DNA of 64,000 nucleotides, taken from NCBI RefSeq assembly GCF_964355755.1, contig NC_092673.1, forward strand, positions 310,001-374,000. Reading direction: 5' to 3'. The DNA is from Antedon mediterranea. Its lineage: Eukaryota > Animalia > Echinodermata. This document shows positions 13,484 to 26,766 of this stretch, in pieces; position 1 is the first letter of the stretch, and each line of letters starts with the position of its first letter. Under the pieces are notes generated by a model, which saw only the letters and a program-made list of their open reading frames with translations, was not told the DNA's origin and ran no database searches. Made by a program: the position numbers and the translations under genes.

Positions 13484-15074
13484 CAAATTTGTATGATTGA
13501 ATGCGATATTTTGGATAAGCTCACAAATCTTATTGCATCTACTAAAATATTTTGCGTGTTGTTCTATGCGTTTTGGTAATTATGTCTTCATGCATGAAAA
13601 AAATGCAGAAAACCCTATTATACAGCAATCCATGGTCACTGCTTTCTCAACAATACGAATTGTACCGATAAATTTGTCTCCTTTATCTATTCAAGGATAG
13701 CCATCCAATTGGTAGCTTAAAATATTTTTATATAATTGGAAATGTAACTAACATCTAACTCTTTCACAGTGGGGGAAACAATTTGTCTCTATACAAAAGA
13801 AGTACATTCACCTCATGACGTCACAATGGTGGAATAATTATATACAATAATATTAGCACTGGTGTCTGGTCGCATTAAATAGTGATGCTAAAATTAATAA
13901 ATTTGACTGCATATAAATAATGAATTACTGGCCTTGATGCGCGTCAGATTATACTATTTAAAACTAAGCGATATGCTATGAATGACATCGTAAAATAAAT
14001 ACTTTATTTCTCAATAACAATCCCACTCTAAAGGGATAAATTACCCACTAGCACAAGCAATAACAGCATACCCTAAGAATGGGAAATATGCATGATAGAT
14101 ATTAGGACAATAATAATAGGAAATACTTGTTATCTTTTGAACCAACTAATACTTATTTCTATCTGCAGGCAATGGGGACAAGAAACGTGTTATAGGCATA
14201 ACCTATACACAAACATTTCCAATAGACTAGTGTAAACACTTTATTCGATCTATCTATTATATTATCTATCTTTTTTTATACTGTACATTAATTCAGTATT
14301 AATTATTGGCCTACTTTAATATCGGTACAATGTTTGAATTTTATTTGTATTATTATCTGGTGCATTATGGAGAGATTTAAGAGTGAAACGTATAGCTACG
14401 TACGACATGACATTATCATTATGTTTAATCTGCCACAAGTAGGCCTAATAATTAAGTAATCAAAATAAAAAGTTAAACCAAATAAGTCCTTAGTTAAACA
14501 AAATCAGACATTGGGAAAATTAAGTTTAGCGCCCCCGTTAGGCGTGTAATTTTTCTCACGCATTGGGGGCGCGCGACTGTGTTATGCACACACAGGTGTT
14601 TTTGTTTTTAGTACAGAAAACGCCTAGGAAACAAAACCACATTGAAATTGTAAGTCACTTTTTAAGTATTATTGAAATTAGGAAAGATTAATAGTTCCAG
14701 TTGTTTACTTTGATTTTGCTAGGTCTGAAAAATGTAAGCACAGTTCATGCTAGGCCAAATTATATCTTTGTTTAAGATTGCAATTCACTTCTCGCTGTTA
14801 ATTCTCGAATGCTTGCAGATTCAAAACCGTACAGGATCATGATTATTCTTTATCAGATATATCATTTATTTTTCAAATTATAAAAATCAATATCAGCGTC
14901 GTCATCTTTCGAGGAGTCATCCATCTCAATTCAACTACAGTATAAATACTGTATATCATACACACACTGTAGGCTCTGCATACGCACATAATACCCTATC
15001 GACAGGTGATCGTGACTCACGGTATCTATACCTGTCGATGTATGTATTTACTCAAAGAATATCTATTTACAATT

Positions 15075-15250
15075 ATATCATCTTATCTTCGTCGTCCTCA
15101 TCATTATCACCGTCCTCATATAATCACCGTTGTTGTCATGATCATCATCACCGTCATCGTAATCATCATCATAATCATTATTGCTGTAGGCCTAATTGGC
15201 GCATTACAAATTCTTATTATTGTTATCGTCGTCGTCTCGTCGTCGATGAA
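15075..15250. repeat. Degenerate (ATC/GTC)n trinucleotide microsatellite
   Basis: Low-complexity tract producing the poly-I/H/S ORFs 15006 and 15038. Confidence 0.85.
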
Positions 15251-15379
15251 TGACAATAAATATATTTTTATCTGTCAACGATTTTAACTTCTATATGAAT
15301 TTTATATAATCAATGTAAATTTATAGGCCTATATTATGTCATTTGAATATTTAATATGTTATGTGTTGTACTGTATGTT

Positions 15380-15475
15380 TTATCGAGGGCCCTGAATGAT
15401 CAGTTCTATTGGAACTTGATAGGCTACCCTCAGTAAAGATGGTAATAAATAAAATAAATAAAAAAATAAATAAAG
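15380..15475 (+). mobile_element. Probable retroposon 3' tail with (AAAT)n
   Basis: GAGGGC...CCCTC stem followed by an AATAAAT-rich tail. Confidence 0.4.
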
Positions 15476-15649
15476 ACAACAAATAATCAATATATCGTTG
15501 ACCTTTATTGCACTATACATGATCGTGTTTTAAACATTTAAACCCGAAAACAAAAACAGTTGTATACTCAACTACAGTTGTTCCCAATCCGAGAACATGT
15601 TTAAAAGCAACAAATATTCAAGTATTCCCCCACAGCTGTTCATAATCAT

Positions 15650-15757
15650 ACGTAGTGTAACGTCATGACGTAATGTAACGTCATGACGTAATGTAACGCC
15701 ATGACGTAATGTAACGTCATGACGTACCGGTAATGTAACGCCATGACGTAATGTAAT
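15650..15757. repeat. 18-bp tandem repeat (GTAATGTAACGTCATGAC) x~5
   Basis: Direct periodicity; units contain TGACGTAA and, in most copies, the palindrome CGTCATGACG. Confidence 0.92.
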
Positions 15758-16657
15758 TGGTAATTTAAAATATTTACAATAAAATGTGTATAGGTATCAA
15801 TCACAATGCCAACCAAGGTTTTCTAATTTTGACAAATAAAACAAAGGTATTGGTATAGCATAGGGGATTATTTCTTTTAAAAAGCTGATGTTTTGAGATA
15901 TTACGGTTTGTGGGCTTCACCTGTTATAGGCCTACACACATTTATACATTTGGTGTTCCTAGGCAAGGTATACATTAAGATCGTTCTTAATGATAAATAC
16001 ATATTTTAAAAAATACACACCACTAACAAGTTCCAGTAGCCTATATGAAAATTTAAAAAAATCTAATTGAATAACCAGCACTTGAATTAAGAATATTTGA
16101 TTCTTCGTCACATCCGGTATACACAGTGGAAAGTTTTCTTTTTAGGGGAAGGGGGGATGTGCGAGGGGGTTGCTACACCTAGATTTGCACGTATACGGAA
16201 CACGTGATCGTCAAATCCATTGACACTCGTTTAAAATAATGGTTTTATCTAAAAATAAAAAACAAACGTATAAAAATGAAGCATGCAAACTCAATACGAT
16301 ATACCATTTTTAAAACTGATATATAAATATATAATATTTTCAGGCCGACCGAGAATAACTATCTATTTTAATCTCTTTTCAATTAATATGCGACCTCTCC
16401 CACTCTTAGTCTTAATCGCCTCATTATTATATTATTTATTTCTTGTTATTTCTACACACGTTACCTTGCATGCCAATTGAATACTTGCATAATCACACCA
16501 GTTTGCATAATATTTTAAGGGGTATATATATATTTATAATTATATACTTTATAATTCTTGAATACGTATTCGATTAACATTATTCACATCACATCGAAAC
16601 ATGTGACCGTTGATGTGGATAGACCTGGATTCAGGCCCGTTGTCGCCTGGCCTTGCC

Positions 16658-16714
16658 TCCCGGCCTAGCCACCCTGCCTAGCCACCCGGCCTAGCCACCC
16701 GGCCTAGCCACCCA
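16658..16714. repeat. 13-14 bp GC-rich tandem repeat (GGCCTAGCCACCC) x4
   Basis: Directly visible. Confidence 0.85.
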
Positions 16715-17430
16715 GCATATTTTAATTAATTTTTTTTCGATCAATGTACATTTTTTATTATACAAAAAACCCGTAAAAGTACTTTGGTTCATACACATAT
16801 CCTATTTACAATAATAAACTTTTTCCTTTATCAATATTGTTTATCACAACAATTTATAATAAATTAATACAAATGGAATAAAATATAATGTATAATACAT
16901 TTTTGTGTTGTATTTAACATCACGACACTGTACAGATGTAATAAAAATAGTCTGCGCATCACTTTGCGCTGCGCACGGACGCGTATATAAATGTACGCAC
17001 TTTTAATATTTTACATAGGTAAGGAAACTTTTCAATGAGAAAGAAGGGTTTTTAGAATTGAATTTATAATGATCTGTAGAATCTCATTGTAAAAATTGAA
17101 AAACTACATGCAATACCTGATTTAAAGTGTTTTACATTTCCAATGGAGAAATTAAATTTCCCTAAATAAATTCCCTGAGGAGTCCGTAACAATAGGAACG
17201 CAAATTTATAAATAATAATAATAAATATACCTGACAGTATAAAGAAATGGTTATCCAACCATTTGTAGAAGAATGAAAACGATGGAGTGATTTATCGTTT
17301 TATGGCTTGACAAAGCGAACGCTTTATTATCTTTGTTCTTTTTATCTACATTTTATTTTTATTTTAGACAGGATAAAAGAAAACGATAATTTAAATTGCA
17401 AGTGATTCTAACACGCGCATGGGATAGGTG

Positions 17431-20400
17431 TTAAACTAACGTAGGTGGGGAGTCCACTCGGCTGTTCGGACCAATTTCATCCACATGGACATAACACTGG
17501 ACATTCGCATTTGCATCAAGTTTATCTTTTTTTGAAAACTTCAATAAAAGACCATCAGTCGGACGTGGAACGGGCAAGTATGTCATGTGATCTTCTCCCT
17601 CTGTTTCCCTTTCCCATTGGCAACTACGAACTAACTCGATCGTTAATAATTTGAGGAAAAGTAACGCGTATTGTTTGCCAATGCAACCGCGCGATCCGCC
17701 TCCGAACACGCAATAGTTATGTCTGCTGCCAATTTTGTCTTCCTTTCTTTCGCTGTTAAATCTTTCCGGATCAAACTCTTCCCCTTTCGTGTAGATAGTC
17801 GAATGTGACATCGTTTCTCGAATACTCCAGAGAATTGTCCATCCTTTTGGAATCTGCTTTCCCTAAAACATAACAAAAAATGTTATTACATCACGCGTAC
17901 ATATAGTTACATCATAGAGGAATTACGTCGTGATGCCAGAAACACGTGTGAACAGGTGTGGCGAGTAAATGCATGATGAGTAATGTATAGGCCTATTATA
18001 TTTCTCCCGTTCGTGGCTACAGCTTACTGACAGGAACACAGTTCATTACGCCTGCTGTTTATGTGGGGGTTTGTGGTTGTAAGGTTTGAGAAGAATATTT
18101 CAAGGAAGGTTATTGTCATTATTCTCTATTGCCGTTTTGTGGTGACCTACATAATAGTATTATTGGTGCATTTTTAGTAGTAATTTCTTACCTCTAATAT
18201 AAAAGTCTTTTTCACTTCTCGGAACCCGCCTCCGACTGGTGGCGACATACGTAATGATTCCTTGATGACGCAGTTAAGGTACTTTAATTTTTGTATCTCT
18301 TCGAATTCCAGAGGACGGCTGGTGTCTATGAGGCCATGTTCCACAAGCTCCTCTCGCATCTTTTCGACGATTTCCGGATATTTCGTAAGGTTTAACACAA
18401 GCATCGTAGCAGCACTAGTTGAGGTCGAGTAGCCATTAAAGAGAAGCTCTACGGCAACTGCCATGATCTGTTCGTTGGTCAGTTGACTGTCGTCTTCGTC
18501 GTCCTCGATGTACTCCATTAGTTTGGATAATGCGTCGTTGTGATCACCCGTCAATGGAATTGCTCGCTTCATTTCTACCTTGCTCTTGATCTTATCCACG
18601 AGTACTTTTCTGGCTGCCTTTGCCTTTAAGAAAGAAAACAAATGTAATAATATAGTAATTTCAAAGTATAAAATATACGTAATAAATATGTATAGTAATT
18701 GTTTTATTTATTTCGAACGCGTTGTTATTTCGTCTTCAATTTTGCAAGCAGGATTTGCATCTTAAATTGTATAGGCTTATACTGTTACATGTTGTAGTAT
18801 ATCAAAAGAAAATACACTGGTGCTTTACCTTGGTTAAACCGGAACCGGGCAAATTGATAGGCAAACTGAACATGTTATCCACCATAGTCTCGAACGTTCT
18901 CGTCAACGATCTCGTCTCCTCGGGAGAATAGTTGAAGCCACAGAGAGTTCGGCTGGCAACCCTAAATACCAAATCTCCAAGTTCATGGTACATGACCACA
19001 GTCGGTCGTTTGCTCCAGCCACTTAGCGTTCTTGCTATTTCACTATGAATCATGGGTACATACATAGACAGGACAGAGTGTCTAAACGCACGTAAGACTT
19101 TCCGACGCATTGATGTATGTCGTTCTCCGACAGCCTGACTTAGAACGTGTGTTCCGAGTATTACCGACGCTGACTTCGGTAACGATGGAAAAAGATATTC
19201 GTTCTCGGCCTGGAAGATCTTCTGCAGGTTCTCCGCCCCGTAAATTCGGATAATGGGCTTGCCGAGAATGTGTGTTTTGAAAACCCGTCCATGTTTGGCA
19301 AATTTATTCTTGTAAAAATCAACGCTCTGTAAAACAGAAAAAAAAAATATTTAAAATGTAATTACAGACCAGAAATATTTCTTATAAACCACTTTAAGCG
19401 TAAAACAATTCTAGACAAGGATTATTTGAACTATCACTTGTTATAGATCAACACTCTTGCGTTACGCTTACGTCGCGTCTTAGTGAAAACCAATCACAAT
19501 CGCAAACGAGTTGACCAAATTATCAAGCGACAGTTGTATGTTCCATCGCTTGTGATTGGTCAAATCAAGTATGTTGCGCTTAAGTCCTTGTATTGCGTGT
19601 CTAGTGCGAACCAATCATAATGCTCGCTTTGTGGCGGTTGACTCGAGCGCGTTAGTACATCTGACTAAAAACAGTGAATGTATACACTTCAATGGTATAC
19701 AGTATAGTATTATTTTAACAATCGGTATTGTATACTCATCATCATGTAATATATTTAAATGTAAAAAATAGAAAGTTGCCAATGTGTGTCACGGTTCGTC
19801 CCGTTAAGATACGGTGTTTTCATCACAGCACACGCCGAACGGAAAAGTTAAAAACGTATTAACTAATGACGACATTTTATTTTAAATGCTATACTCAATC
19901 AGAATGATATATCACGTGTTACAGTTAATAAGTTCACAATTATATAGGTTGTTTTGTAGCACGTGCATTTATGTAGGCCTATATATTTTCGGGCATAATT
20001 TATTACATTTTTTTTTATTTAAAATTTTAAAAACGCAGTACAGTAATTTATATTCAATTATAATTTAATTTATATTAATATAACAATAATATATATTCCT
20101 GTTTGTATTACAAACTCAATTTATTTTTTGCCGAAATTTACAGGAATTAACCACGATCGAATACCTAGGTTGTGACGTCAATACGAAGTAGTATCATTAT
20201 ACCTTACAGTATACAAATTAGCGGGTGTAAATCGTACGTACTGTATGTCACCCGTGTACGACATATTATGCTGTGCTCAATTTGTATAATTTGCGCAAAT
20301 TAAAATTGCGCAGGATTTCCTTAGACTTCGATGTAAAGTTCGCAAGTACGTAAGTGCAAAAGTTCAACGCAATCCAGTTGACCCACGCATTGGTCAATTC

Positions 20401-21845
20401 ATTTGCATTGCGGTCGTTAACGTCCTTGCTTGCGTTGCGTCCTTGGGAACCATGCTTTATCATAGTAAACTTAATACATGCAAATAACGTACGTTATATC
20501 ATTTATTGAACGCGCGCGTACAAGTTGGTACAGTACCGTATCACTATCTATTTGTTTGGCTTGTCGATCCATATTAAAGGCAAAGTTAAGTGGAAACAAA
20601 ATGTTTTTGAAAAACCGCTATTATTCACATTCCTAACCAACCACATGGAATAATACGGTGATATGAAAACAATTCAAATACTTAAAATATTTTGAAGATT
20701 AGTATATGTCAGTTGTATTGTGTACACTACAAGATATTTATTTACAGACCAAATTAACATCATAAAGGTGTACTACAAATTTGTACTTTTAACCCCTAAT
20801 TGTATAAGTTTAATAATGAAAGTATTTATTTCCTATTGTATTCATAAGCTTCAGTGTAATAACAAAGTCTCTAAATGCTTGTTTACTTTATACTTAGCAA
20901 AAGTCGATTATATATGTGTGATTTTTTTTTGTAATTTTTAAAATAAACGATTTCGAAGGAATCGACAAATGTATATAGGCCTAGTTAGGCATAAAGCTAC
21001 AAAACAAAAAGATCATAATTTGGAAATAGTCGTCTGTTGGTCGTAAGGCATCTCTACAATCAACTAAAATACATAACGTTAAATTGCATACCAGTAACAT
21101 TTTAGTGTCTGGAACTTGTTTATGAGGTGATAACATATTTAACACATACTGACACAAACGTTAAAGAGACGTATACTTTAACGTTAAAGAGACGTATATA
21201 ATACTTTCTTCTCGTTTTAATATTAATAAAATACAAAAATTGATTTCTAAAAAATACTTATCTCAATCGGTTCTGTATAAGGCGGGTCAATTTTTGTTGG
21301 GGTTTTTTTTTGTGCTAATTAGGCTAACGGAAATTATACTCACAGTGGTTTAGAGTATCTAAAATAGTAATGCACATTGTAAACAAATAGACCATAAAGG
21401 CTAAGAACCATTAAGTTGTTATTATTTAAAGAGTTATCGTTATCAATAACAAAAAAAAATCTAAAAATTAAATTGTTTGAACTTGGTGTTCAACAATCCT
21501 CTTGTTATCTGTTTTTAAAGGCTTACCGTGATATTTGCTCAGTGAAGCAAGCAATGGAAAACGAACGAAAATAATGTACAAAAACATTTTGTATCATCAT
21601 ATGTGTTGTGTACGTCATAACAAAAATGAACATACCTGATATAAAAACTGGAAGGTTTCTCCGACTAGCGGCCATCCCATACTACCATCAGGTAGCGGTT
21701 CAGCAAACGATGAGTCGCAGTTCGTATCGTGATATTTTGACCAAAGAAATTTCATAGCAAAAATAAGTAAAAACGGAACGATGACTGGAATAAGAGGCAT
21801 CAGAATACTGCCGGTTGGCTCCACATTGCCCGTTGCAAACATCAT
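17431..21845 (-). CDS. CYP26: Cytochrome P450 family 26-like, distal paralog, ~523 aa, 4 coding exons
   Basis: Exons 21845-21636, 19326-18829, 18623-18192, 17862-17431, all phase 0, same intron positions as the proximal copy (exon 2 is 498 nt in both). PLPDGSMGWPLVGETF, VFKTHILGKPIIRIYGAENL, ELLFNGYSTSTSAAT, IKESLRMSPPVGGGFR, QIPKGW, FDPERF, FGGGSRGCIG. Confidence 0.92.
19455..19650. mobile_element. MITE family 2 degenerate copies in CYP26 intron 1
   Basis: TTGCGTT..CGTCTTAGTGAAAACCAA and GACCAA..ATCGCTTGTGATTGGTCAA motifs shared with the full copy at 37167-37348. Confidence 0.6.
20340..20456. mobile_element. MITE family 2 partial copy
   Basis: Right end TGCGTTGCGTCCTTGGGAACCATGCT followed by TTA. 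Confidence 0.65.
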
Positions 21846-21978
21846 TTTGAATTCTGTGAGGATAAATAAAAGAAAAAAATGATGTGTTTTCCTATCCTTA
21901 GTACAGTAACGTTTTCCTTGTTTAGAATATCAACATATATCGTTCCCTCCTAGCTGCTGACATATAAATGGTATCAAA

Positions 21979-22225
21979 TGAGTGAGTTGTGTTTATATTC
22001 GCGATTGTTGTGACTTTTTTAAGGGACACTTAACTTAATTCAACTTTATTATTTATAAAGCCACGCCTACTACACAATCCTTTCAACCAATTAGAACACA
22101 GTACAATACTCAGTGATTAACAGCCACACACTTTCCAGCTAAAGTATGACGTCACAGGGAGGACGGGAAGGTGAAAAGGTGAACATGAGTATCATAATTG
22201 GTTTTAAAGGGCATTGCCTTTAACC
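21979..22225 (-). promoter_or_regulatory. Putative promoter of distal CYP26
   Basis: TATA (21992-21997, minus), CCAAT near 22087, perfect CRE TGACGTCA 22147-22154, AGGTGA-AA-AGGTGA at 22169-22182. Confidence 0.55.
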
Positions 22226-22647
22226 TTTGACTCTCTACGGACATTCCAAAATGATTTATTCATAATGATTATTATAAATAATGATAACTTAAGAGATGGA
22301 CTTTAAAACTACGATTTTTTAAGAGTGAAAATTTGCCAGAGTTTAGAGAGAACAGCAAGTTAGGGCGCCACCACTTATACAACCAAGGAAGAACGAACCA
22401 GCAAAATTACAGAATATGGCACTATGCCTTGATTAGACTGATCTGATAAAAGTATAATATGGGTAAAAAGGGAATTCTCCCTTAAATTTTATAGTTGAAA
22501 TTGTTTTTATAAAGTTAGTAGCTTTATCAGTCATTCACTTGTACAGTATCGGTAAATATTATACATACCTATAGAGTTATAACGTTCGAATTATAAATGT
22601 TACATATTTTTAAAAGCGTCAAATCAATAATTTGTAATAACTGCATC

Positions 22648-22668
22648 TAAAGGTCACACTGACCTTTA
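22648..22668. promoter_or_regulatory. Perfect IR3 nuclear-receptor element (ERE consensus with ERRE-like flanks)
   Basis: TAAAGGTCA-CAC-TGACCTTTA, followed 4 bp later by a perfect CRE (22673-22680). Confidence 0.6.
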
Positions 22669-24450
22669 CCTGTGACGTCATTTTAACACTTTGCGTAGGC
22701 GTCACGCACCAGAGTATAATTATGTATAAAAAAAACACGATATTTATGCTACTTTACGTTTAAAACAAACTTTAAAATTAGGATTTTTATTTTTTTTATT
22801 ACCTTGACTTTTACAAGGCGGTATTATAATAAGATAATTTGTATTATAGTAGGTTCGACGTTATAATGTCGATATAATGGTCGAGGAGCGTTATCATTCG
22901 AAGGTCTGTGCGTGTGTCTTTAACTCTTATCCCCTGTAGTAATATAATTGGTAGCTATGTTTTCACATTGTTCATAATTCATAACTCAATTATAATTATA
23001 TATTTATTGGTTTCTGACGTCACCCTGGACTTCGGTAGACCCTCTGGCCGTTTGTTCCCCCTCAACTTTTTAGGTCCACAGTGTGAGGCCTTGGTTCGCG
23101 TACAGCATTTACGTTGAAAACGTCAAGTTTTTAAAACATTTTTTGAACCTGCAAAAATATTAACATTGGATATAAATACGACATGACATTAAATCAGTAA
23201 TAGGGGCAGTATCAATGGCCTGCCTCCTGTTGCACGATAGACCTACATTCATACCGCTTACCGCCGGATAACGAACGTCTGTATTTTTAACACTTTTGAC
23301 GAACCAAATGTTTACAAAGGATTTTATTGGAGACGACGAGATTAATGATTTGACAGTTAGCATTTATAGTTATCCAGTTTCTAACTTCATCAACAAGTAT
23401 ATTATATATAAACTCTGCTTCAATTCAAAATCACCTCGCTTGGAGACAGAATATCAATTATAAAACATTTGATTATTATATCATAAGCATCTGTTTCGAA
23501 ATTTCCTTTTTTTAATCAACACGCAATGGACTGCTCAATGTTTGTATTCTTTATGCGTATTTTGAAAATTAAGGCCCCTCGCCTCTTTTCAGATTAAGTT
23601 GTCATGTTTAGAAGACAGTTACTGCAGAAAGCAAGCGAAAGCAGTGTTTTTGAAAGGCATAATCAGACTACGACTGGCTCACTAGTTTATTGCCCAAGGA
23701 AACCGACTTACTTCTGTCTAATCTCGATTTGACAAGCTAAGCTACGAGGTAACAAATTCACTTTACTCTAATACATTATTTCATCTGCTATGAATGAAAT
23801 ATATAATATAATTAGATAATACTGTATTTTTTTCATAATTTTGACTCAATAAGTTCAGGAGAATGTTAATATGTTGTCAGCTTATGTTATTCATGTAGGC
23901 CTTCTAGTTCCATCTGTTAAGGTGAAAAGTTAACCACCACCAGAAACGGATGTTGAACACCAATTCGTATGTCTTGCCGTGCACTCTGGACAGTTCGGAA
24001 ATAACGTCATAAGATGGCCAGGACGTTTTCACTGACCGTTTCAACTTATGAACTCGTGCTAAATGATTTGTAAAAAAAACTATTTAGTTTACGGATTCGC
24101 GTGACTTTCACCGGAAAGATGTGAGTGTGCTTGTATTAGAATACTCTTCATATTGGCGCCTAAAATTCATGTTCTCGTCATTTGTTTTACGGGTTATGAA
24201 GGCATCAACTGGTGCATGATATGATAAAACCAACAGAGGTCCGGATCTTTCTGCAATTTCTATGAATTTAGTCTGTGTCATGTATTTTTTTTCTCTTGGT
24301 GACCGTCCGTTGAACCATCAATACGTGAATGATATACCGTATTTAATATCCCGATTGTAGGCAGATTATGAACTGGGGAGATCATATTCAATGTGTGCAT
24401 ATTATGCATTTTTGACGTGCTGCCAGACGTCAGTCGGACAACAGCAATAA

Positions 24451-24576
24451 AGCTTGTATTGGTTCCCACTAGCGATGCAACACAACAACGTAACGTGACC
24501 AATCACAGGCGATGGATTATTCGAAAACTGGCTTGTCATTGGTCAACTCGCTTGCGTTGCGCTTGGGAACCACGCT
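24451..24576. mobile_element. MITE family 2 copy
   Basis: AGCTT..GGTTCCCACTAG ... TGGGAACCACGCT; flanks TAA/TAG. Confidence 0.8.
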
Positions 24577-25222
24577 TAGGGCGTTCACGTTTACGCTGCG
24601 TTAATCGTTCGCGTGTTGCCACTCGGTATTGTTAACGGAACGCATTACAACCTTATTGTGTTTATGTGTTTATTGTGTTTTACTGTCTTCGGTTAGGCTC
24701 GGTAAATATGATGTTGTAAATAGTTGTTACGTCAATGCTTGCTGTACTGTGGTTTTCCTCGTAACTTAACCTCTTTAATGATTTGTTGTGCCCGGATTGT
24801 TATCGTGCCAATAAATATGCGGCAACTCTTAATTGTTTTTAAGAAATATTTTATATACTTCTTTATGTTTCATATCCGTTTGTCGTATATAAAACCTTCT
24901 TAACAAGTAATTGGGTCAACATCATCCCCTCATGTCTCGAATTAGGCCCTCAAAAACAACTAATTTGATTCATATTTTACATCATAGATTTGATTACAAT
25001 ATTAGTGATATATCCACCGATATCCTAACAATCATTTTACACTTAAATCCCACTTCTTAGTAATCATTTAAGCACTGTATCAAAGAATAGGAGTTTAGCG
25101 TCATCTTCAATAGATTTACCAAACAATGCAACTATTTGTCTGTGACATAGAAAGTGCGTGGCGCCATTGTAACAACTACAAAGACTTTAGGTCGTCAGCA
25201 GATACTACGAAACGACTGATAA

Positions 25223-25385
25223 AGCTGTTTTCCACTTTGACGTAAAGCAAGGAAGCGCACCGCAAATAATTTGACCAATCACGATGCGATATGGATCATC
25301 TGAACCAGTGATTGTGATTGGTCTACTTACTTCCGTTACGCATACGTCATTCATTTTTGTTGCGTCCAAAAATGGAAACCAAGAT
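25223..25385. mobile_element. MITE family 2-related diverged copy
   Basis: AGCTGTTTTCCACT...TGGAAACCAAGAT ends; internal GACCAATCAC / GTGATTGGTC. Confidence 0.6.
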
Positions 25386-26766
25386 TTTTCTTAAAACTTT
25401 GACAGTTTTTTCCTTTTCATGGTAATAACCTGATTTAAAATTAAAGCAAAGCTGTAAAGGAAATAATTTAGATAAATTCAAGGAATTGTGATCACGTGAT
25501 CCATAATCATTTGCGGAAAATCGTCAAGGAGTCAAGGAGACTATTTTAATACTTATGCCTATGGTGCACTCTCCTGCATGAATGATATCATCACTGTTAG
25601 AGCCGGTACATCGTCACACATATTTTAACATTATGATTAAGGCAAGCCTGTCGTTACAAGATTTTACTGTGGGGAACTATTACTTAATTCCCCTTTAGAT
25701 CTTTTGGGGCATATCCTATTTGATAAACATACAAACATCCAAGGTTTGAATGAAACTTTGATGTGTCACATATCTCTAGAATAAAATCAATAAAATTAAT
25801 AAAATTATATATAGATGCCTAGTTATTTATACTATTGATGAATAGTCTTACCTTCTCCAACGAAATTGACAAAGTCGTAACATAAAAAGGCCATTTTCTA
25901 TGATTATCCCGATTTCGATGAGGTTTGGATGTGAAATCACTGATAGTCAATTAAGTTGAGGTACTTATTCAGGGCCAGCTATGTAATGTAAGCCTCGTGA
26001 AGGTTATACTACACCTTTCTATTCATTAAAGCTGCCTTGCTAAACCTTAACTCATTCTACTGTCGTTGAAGTTCTGGTAATATTTAGTTAGGTAGGTAGC
26101 TTTCCTATGGATGCATTAGGCCTAAGCAGGGATCCCAGGACTACCTAAGTATAATATGACGAAGATTCTGATTGTATACAATCCTATAGGAAGTCGCTGT
26201 AGCTTTCTATACACTGTTTCTTATCAAAAAGACCATTTAGCGGTAGACCATTTAGGGTGTAGGGGTATCCTGGCTAGAGGTAGATTTACAGTCGTTATAA
26301 ACATTTATCATAAAGTATTACAAATAACTATTAAAGTTACTATGGTAAATAAATAAGGTTTTTCTTTCTATTAAGTATTATTATAAAATGCCACGACTAA
26401 CGTTTAATATTAACTATAATTAATACGATAATTATAGGACAAAATGGGGATGATTATTTTCAAAGAAACGTTTATAAATAAATGTATATAGAAAGTTGAA
26501 CTTTATTGGTCTCAGAATAACAGATAAGTTAAATTTGTAGTAATGAAATCAATTAAGTGAAAGTTTAAAAGTTTATAAAAACACTAATAATAGTTCAACA
26601 CTGCCTCTGTGTAATATTAACATTAACAAAATAGAAATCATTAAATATATTTTAGAATTTCCAGTACGGAAATAATAACGTCTCCTTTAATTTGACTATG
26701 ACCTTTAATGAGTTACGTAATAATCATGTATGTATACAGAACTCAAACAAGTTACTTGAAGGTTAA

